A DNA stretch of 63,879 bases, counting the filler, from Sphacelaria rigidula (taxonomy: Eukaryota), in the NCBI GenBank assembly GCA_964200075.2. It is 3 parts of 3 records of this genome, joined end to end, with 100 filler letters (N's around TTAATTAATTAA, not from the genome) between each part and the next. Parts side by side here need not be neighbours in the genome. Positions count along the whole stretch, not along the records: positions 42,656 to 63,879 come from CAXNAA020000451.1; 2 more parts are not named here. The stretch is one strand, 5' to 3'. A model generated the notes under the pieces. The model made no database searches. It was not told where the DNA came from and worked only from the letters and a program-made list of their open reading frames with translations. Both the position numbers and the translations under genes were made by a program. The stretch's first letter is position 1. Each line of letters begins with the position of its first letter. This document shows, piece by piece, positions 62,887-63,879 of the stretch.

Positions 62887-63879
62887 CTGACGACCACCAG
62901 ATGGAAACCATGACGATGGTACACGCCCCGGGAGATGAAATTTGGGAAGAGAAAGAAAGACGGCGGACGAGGGTTCGCAAATGAAAAACTACCGCCGCGG
63001 TAGACTCGCAATGAAGCATGTGTCATCTCACCAACAACGCCATGAGGTACATGTAGGATACGGAGTATAGTATTATTACTTTCATCACCATCCCGATCAA
63101 TGTCCCTATTATTGTTTTCATCATATTATGTTAGTGTCACTACTATTACAGCAGTGCGAGGCCTTTCGATCACTGTAAACATCCACTCTGAGTTCCTCAT
63201 CAAACTCGGGCAGACACATTGTCGTTGACATATTTCATGTGTAATGGCCCTCTCAACATGTTTTTCGTTACATTCTTCAAGAAACTTTGACGACCGCCCC
63301 AGGCCGAGTGTAACGAAACTATAAAAAACACGACCGCGCGAAAATGACTGGGAACACAAAAATACAGTAAGATAGAAAGTAAAAAGCATGTATATTCGAA
63401 AAGTGGGGACATCGGACAGACGTGTACGGGAAAAAAACGATCAAACGCCGTACAGCTCATGACCCACGTGAACATTACTTCTTATTAGGGTACTGATCCG
63501 GGTTGTGGGCGCTATAGCTCATTTGACCCCCTTTTCCGACATTTGCCCCCCTACAGTGCTGAACGACGAGCATGCGGAGTAGAGCTACGGGGGCGCTTCG
63601 GATTTTCGAACCCCGCTGTCACTTATTTGGTTTGGGGGGGGAAACGAAGCTGATAGTCCTCTTCGACTTACTCTATTAATAGCACGATTAGGACAAATTA
63701 TCACCACCACGAATCACCAAATCCGCGATTTCTTCGGCCTGATTGCCCAACAGGGAGAGAAAAGTTGACCGCTGGTCCAAGGGGTATCCACGCAACTGTT
63801 GCGCCATTCCACATGTCTGGGCTGCGTGTACCCGGGTTCCAACGCTGGATACAAAGCCTAGGGATTGATTCGTACGATT

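Noticed and set aside
1..63879. Functional cluster linking the SDR/epimerase-family gene with MC5E
   Set aside because: They lie on different contigs about 48 kb apart, and the SDR resembles non-sugar atypical SDRs; no evidence of a pathway cluster.

Overview
Eukaryotic, intron-rich and transposon-rich genomic DNA, almost certainly from a brown alga (Phaeophyceae). This assignment is inferred from a multi-exon mannuronan C-5 epimerase and the long, repeat-filled introns. Two artificial 100-nt spacers (44 N + TTAATTAATTAA + 44 N) split the window into three contigs whose true adjacency is not guaranteed. Four spliced genes were reconstructed by hand from splice signals and phase continuity: (1) the 5' end of a signal-peptide-bearing NAD(P)-binding atypical SDR (minus, 345-1828); (2) divergent from it, a large, mostly low-complexity unknown protein (plus, 2394->21074, 9 exons, at least 1287 aa, two probable GC-AG introns); (3) three internal exons of an acidic/Lys-rich protein with an LSKKERK..LDDLDALLGEFG motif (plus, 38582-41697); (4) the last 11 exons of a mannuronan C-5 epimerase with an intact YGFDPHDD motif (minus, 49678-62886). 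The rest is a dense set of nested mobile elements. These include several non-autonomous hAT-type elements with readable 8-bp target-site duplications, a Tourist-like MITE with a TAA duplication, a decayed Ty3/Gypsy element interrupted by a LINE fragment, and tRNA-derived SINEs. I found no convincing novel multi-gene system. The most interesting candidate is an in-frame exon with a GC donor bracketed by an inverted SINE pair, which could favour circular RNA formation or exon skipping. Identity estimates are by eye and family assignments are from motif recognition only.
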